This document shows positions 61,350 through 64,000 of a stretch of DNA of 64,000 nucleotides, piece after piece. Below the pieces are notes generated by a model. It did not search any database, had not been told where the DNA came from, and saw only the letters and a list, made by a program, of their open reading frames with translations. Origin of the DNA: Anolis carolinensis. Lineage: Eukaryota. How positions within the stretch are numbered: position 1 is the stretch's first letter; each line of letters begins with the position of its first letter. Both the position numbers and the translations under genes were made by a program. The stretch lies in the NCBI RefSeq assembly GCF_035594765.1, contig NC_085846.1, forward strand, positions 20,819,190 through 20,883,189, read 5' to 3'.

Positions 61350-62995
61350 GTAAGTCAGAACAAAGGACAGGAGGGAAAACTGTTTTAATTTCTCCTTCTT
61401 GTTGCAGTGGGAGAGGCTGAGGCCCCATCTACACTGCTTTGAATTGGATTATATGGCAGTGTAGATCAAACCTGATAGGAACCACTGCTTCTTCTGGGAA
61501 ACAGGGAGTTGACATAGAAATGACATGCTAGAAGCAGGGAGGAGGAAAATCGTTCCTGCCCCCCTTTCCTGGCATGTGATTTTTATGTGCCAAGAGAAGG
61601 TCAGCAGCTGGGGTTTTTCTCTTTTGTTTCCAGTTCCCTGCCAGAAGGTCCAACAGGCATCTGGACACCCCACCCGTAAAACGCAGGCTTTCGGGCCAGT
61701 GTGGCATTAGAAAGCAGCCCTGATAAGAGTATTTTTAAATCCCTGGTCAGTGCGATTTTCTACTCTGTCTGGAACAGGCCTGAGTCTTAGACCAAAGAAG
61801 TAACATTTGTGACCTCTGATATTAAACCTCCCTTACCAATTATATATTTCATCCATCAGAGTAATTCCTTTTTTGGGGGGCAAGAGTCCCCCCAAAAATA
61901 TCAAAATATTGTATGTTTATGTCTCCTTTCCCTATCTCTATATTTGTCATATGACAACTCCACACAGATTTTTTAAAAATATATATATCTGTGGGCGCTG
62001 TGTGGGTTGAGCCAGTGGACCGCATTGCATGATACCTGGCCCCAATCCACACAGCTGTCTTGGGATTTTTGACCTCCTGGAGCCCGAAAATCCAAGACAG
62101 CCCCCACCCCCTCCCAAACCCCCTTAAAACACTAAAAAGAAAACAATACTTACCCGGCCAGCATTTCTCTGCTGCTGGCCTTATCCTGGCATATTAAAAT
62201 GATGTGCCAGCAGAAGGGGTGGGAAGAAAATTGCTCCTTCCCCACCTCTCCTGGCATGTCATTTCTATGCGCCAGGAGGGGGTCAGCAGCAGGGAAATGC
62301 CAGCTGCATAAGTAATTTTTAATTTTAAGGCCTTTCTGTGGGGTTTTCCTTTAAGTCTGGAAGGGCATGTGGACAACCCCCTCCCCAAGAAAACATAGGG
62401 TTTCAGGCCAGTGTGGGGACTGCAGGCTGCTGTTACACAGGGTTTTTTTTTGAACCTGGGTCAGCACAGACTTCTTCTCTGTCTGGAATTGGCCTGAGTT
62501 GCAGTCCGAAGAAGTAACACTTGTGACCTCTGATAGTAATCCTCCCTTACAAATTATCTATTTAATCCCTCAAAGTAATTTCTTTTTTTAAAGAAATTCA
62601 CATCAATGTATTTTATGTTTATGTCTCCTTTCCCTATCTCTATATTTGTTATATGAAAACACCACATAGATTTTTAAACATAATAATAATAATAAAATCT
62701 CTAGATATATATGTTGTGCTTATTTTTCAATGTATGTGTCTCACTGACTAAAGTGTGCTTCAGATATATATATAAAGTCATTTGTTCCTATGAAATATAG
62801 CATGTAGCACATAGTATTCATTGATGCTCTCCCATCAGGGCTGAGCCTGCTTTGATTTCAAGACCAAAAGGAAGCTAATGTCTTTAAGATATCTAGACAC
62901 CTACAGATACCTCTTAATAAGTCCAAGGTTAAGAAGTGGGAAGACAAGAGAGACCAACCAAAGATGAGGGTCAGGGCATTGGACCCTCTACAGCG

Positions 62996-63027
<32 letters not shown>

Positions 63028-63033
63028 ATGAAG

Positions 63034-63189
63034 CATACTCCAACAGCAAGCCCTGCGTCTTTCCCTTCATCTACAGGGACCGTACATTCCACACTTGCAC
63101 CAATGAGAACTCAGAAGATGGGAGATTTTGGTGTGCTACAACAGGAAACTATGACAAGGATAAACAGTGGAGCTATTGTGCTAGTTCAA
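63034..63189 (+). CDS. FN2 domain exon 4 (156 bp, phase 1-1)
   Basis: (CT)n CATGAAG| acceptor, FN2 motif, A|GTAAGT donor. Confidence 0.88.
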
Positions 63190-64000
63190 GTAAGTCAGAA
63201 AAAGGGACAGGAGAAATAAAATTGGAACATTTTAAAAGCAGCTGAAAAAAAATGGAGGAATACTTTGGACTTTCCCAGCTACATTGGGACACATTTGTAA
63301 AACTGTTATTTGTAGATCAGCATGTGTTTATCAGCTCTGTTGTTTCTAGCTAGCATAAAGATGAATTAGGAAAAGAGGTTGATATATTCCACTCCAAACT
63401 AATTAAGTGGGCAATATGTGTTCAGACCTTTAGTCCTCTCTCCTTCCTCAAATCTCAGGCCCCTGCGTTATATGGCAGTGTAGATCCAACCTGATAGGAA
63501 CTACTGCTTCTTCTAGGAAGCAGGGAGATGATTCCTGGGCCCCTTCCACATAGCTGAATAAAATCCCACATTATCTCTTTGAAATGAAATATATGGCAGT
63601 GTTGACTCAGATATCTCAGTTCAAAGTAGATATTGTGGGATTTTCTGCCTTGATTTGTTGTTTCAAATCAGATAATCTGGATTCAGAAGCTGGATTATAT
63701 GGCAGTATAGATGGGGCCTCAAATTACCTAAATGATGGCACGTCCACATCTTTAACTATAGATCTGTTCCAACTGCCGACAAGGGCTTTGTTTTAATTTT
63801 TAATAAGAATTTTTTAAAATGATAAATATTAGGGATGTGCAATTTTTTGTTAGTCGTCATAAGTCATATCAAATTCTTTACATTTGTACTTACAATGCAA
63901 TATTTGGTGCTGGCATGGACTTAAAACTTAAAAATCCAAACTTACGCAATATGTTTTTGTTTGAATTTTTTTAAATCTCGGAATCCTCCCAAGGTCAGTT

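Noticed and set aside
57163-63245. Calling the FN2 exons MMP2/MMP9, fibronectin or ELSPBP1 by name
   Set aside because: No propeptide, catalytic, FN1 or FN3 exons seen; near-identical repeats argue against 1:1 orthology, so no gene symbol is assigned.

Overview
Eukaryotic, AT-rich vertebrate genomic DNA. Sauria SINEs, L2, Vingi, Dong/R4, Penelope and hAT/Tigger MITEs point to a squamate, most likely an Anolis lizard (inference). Bases ~5-53 kb are a tandem cluster of seven apparently intact single-coding-exon class II olfactory receptor (OR) genes, all on the minus strand. There is also one OR pseudogene inside a ~2.6 kb dispersed duplication, whose 5' part was deleted and replaced by an L2 tail. 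The intergenic DNA is packed with transposons: a 2.7 kb L2 with a nearly intact ORF2, solo LTRs, MITEs with TSDs, a Vingi copy with a 15-bp TSD, an apparently twin-primed Dong/R4 element, and a Penelope fragment with hammerhead-like remnants. From 54 kb, a divergently oriented plus-strand gene appears. It has a signal-peptide exon that the ORF track misses, followed by at least four near-identical, phase-1 symmetric fibronectin type II (FN2) exons lying in recently duplicated units. This suggests a secreted FN2-only protein (BSP/ELSPBP1-like architecture) that is actively expanding. It is the most interesting system in the window and may run off its end. TE family names come from recognised motifs, not database searches; boundaries without a TSD are approximate.
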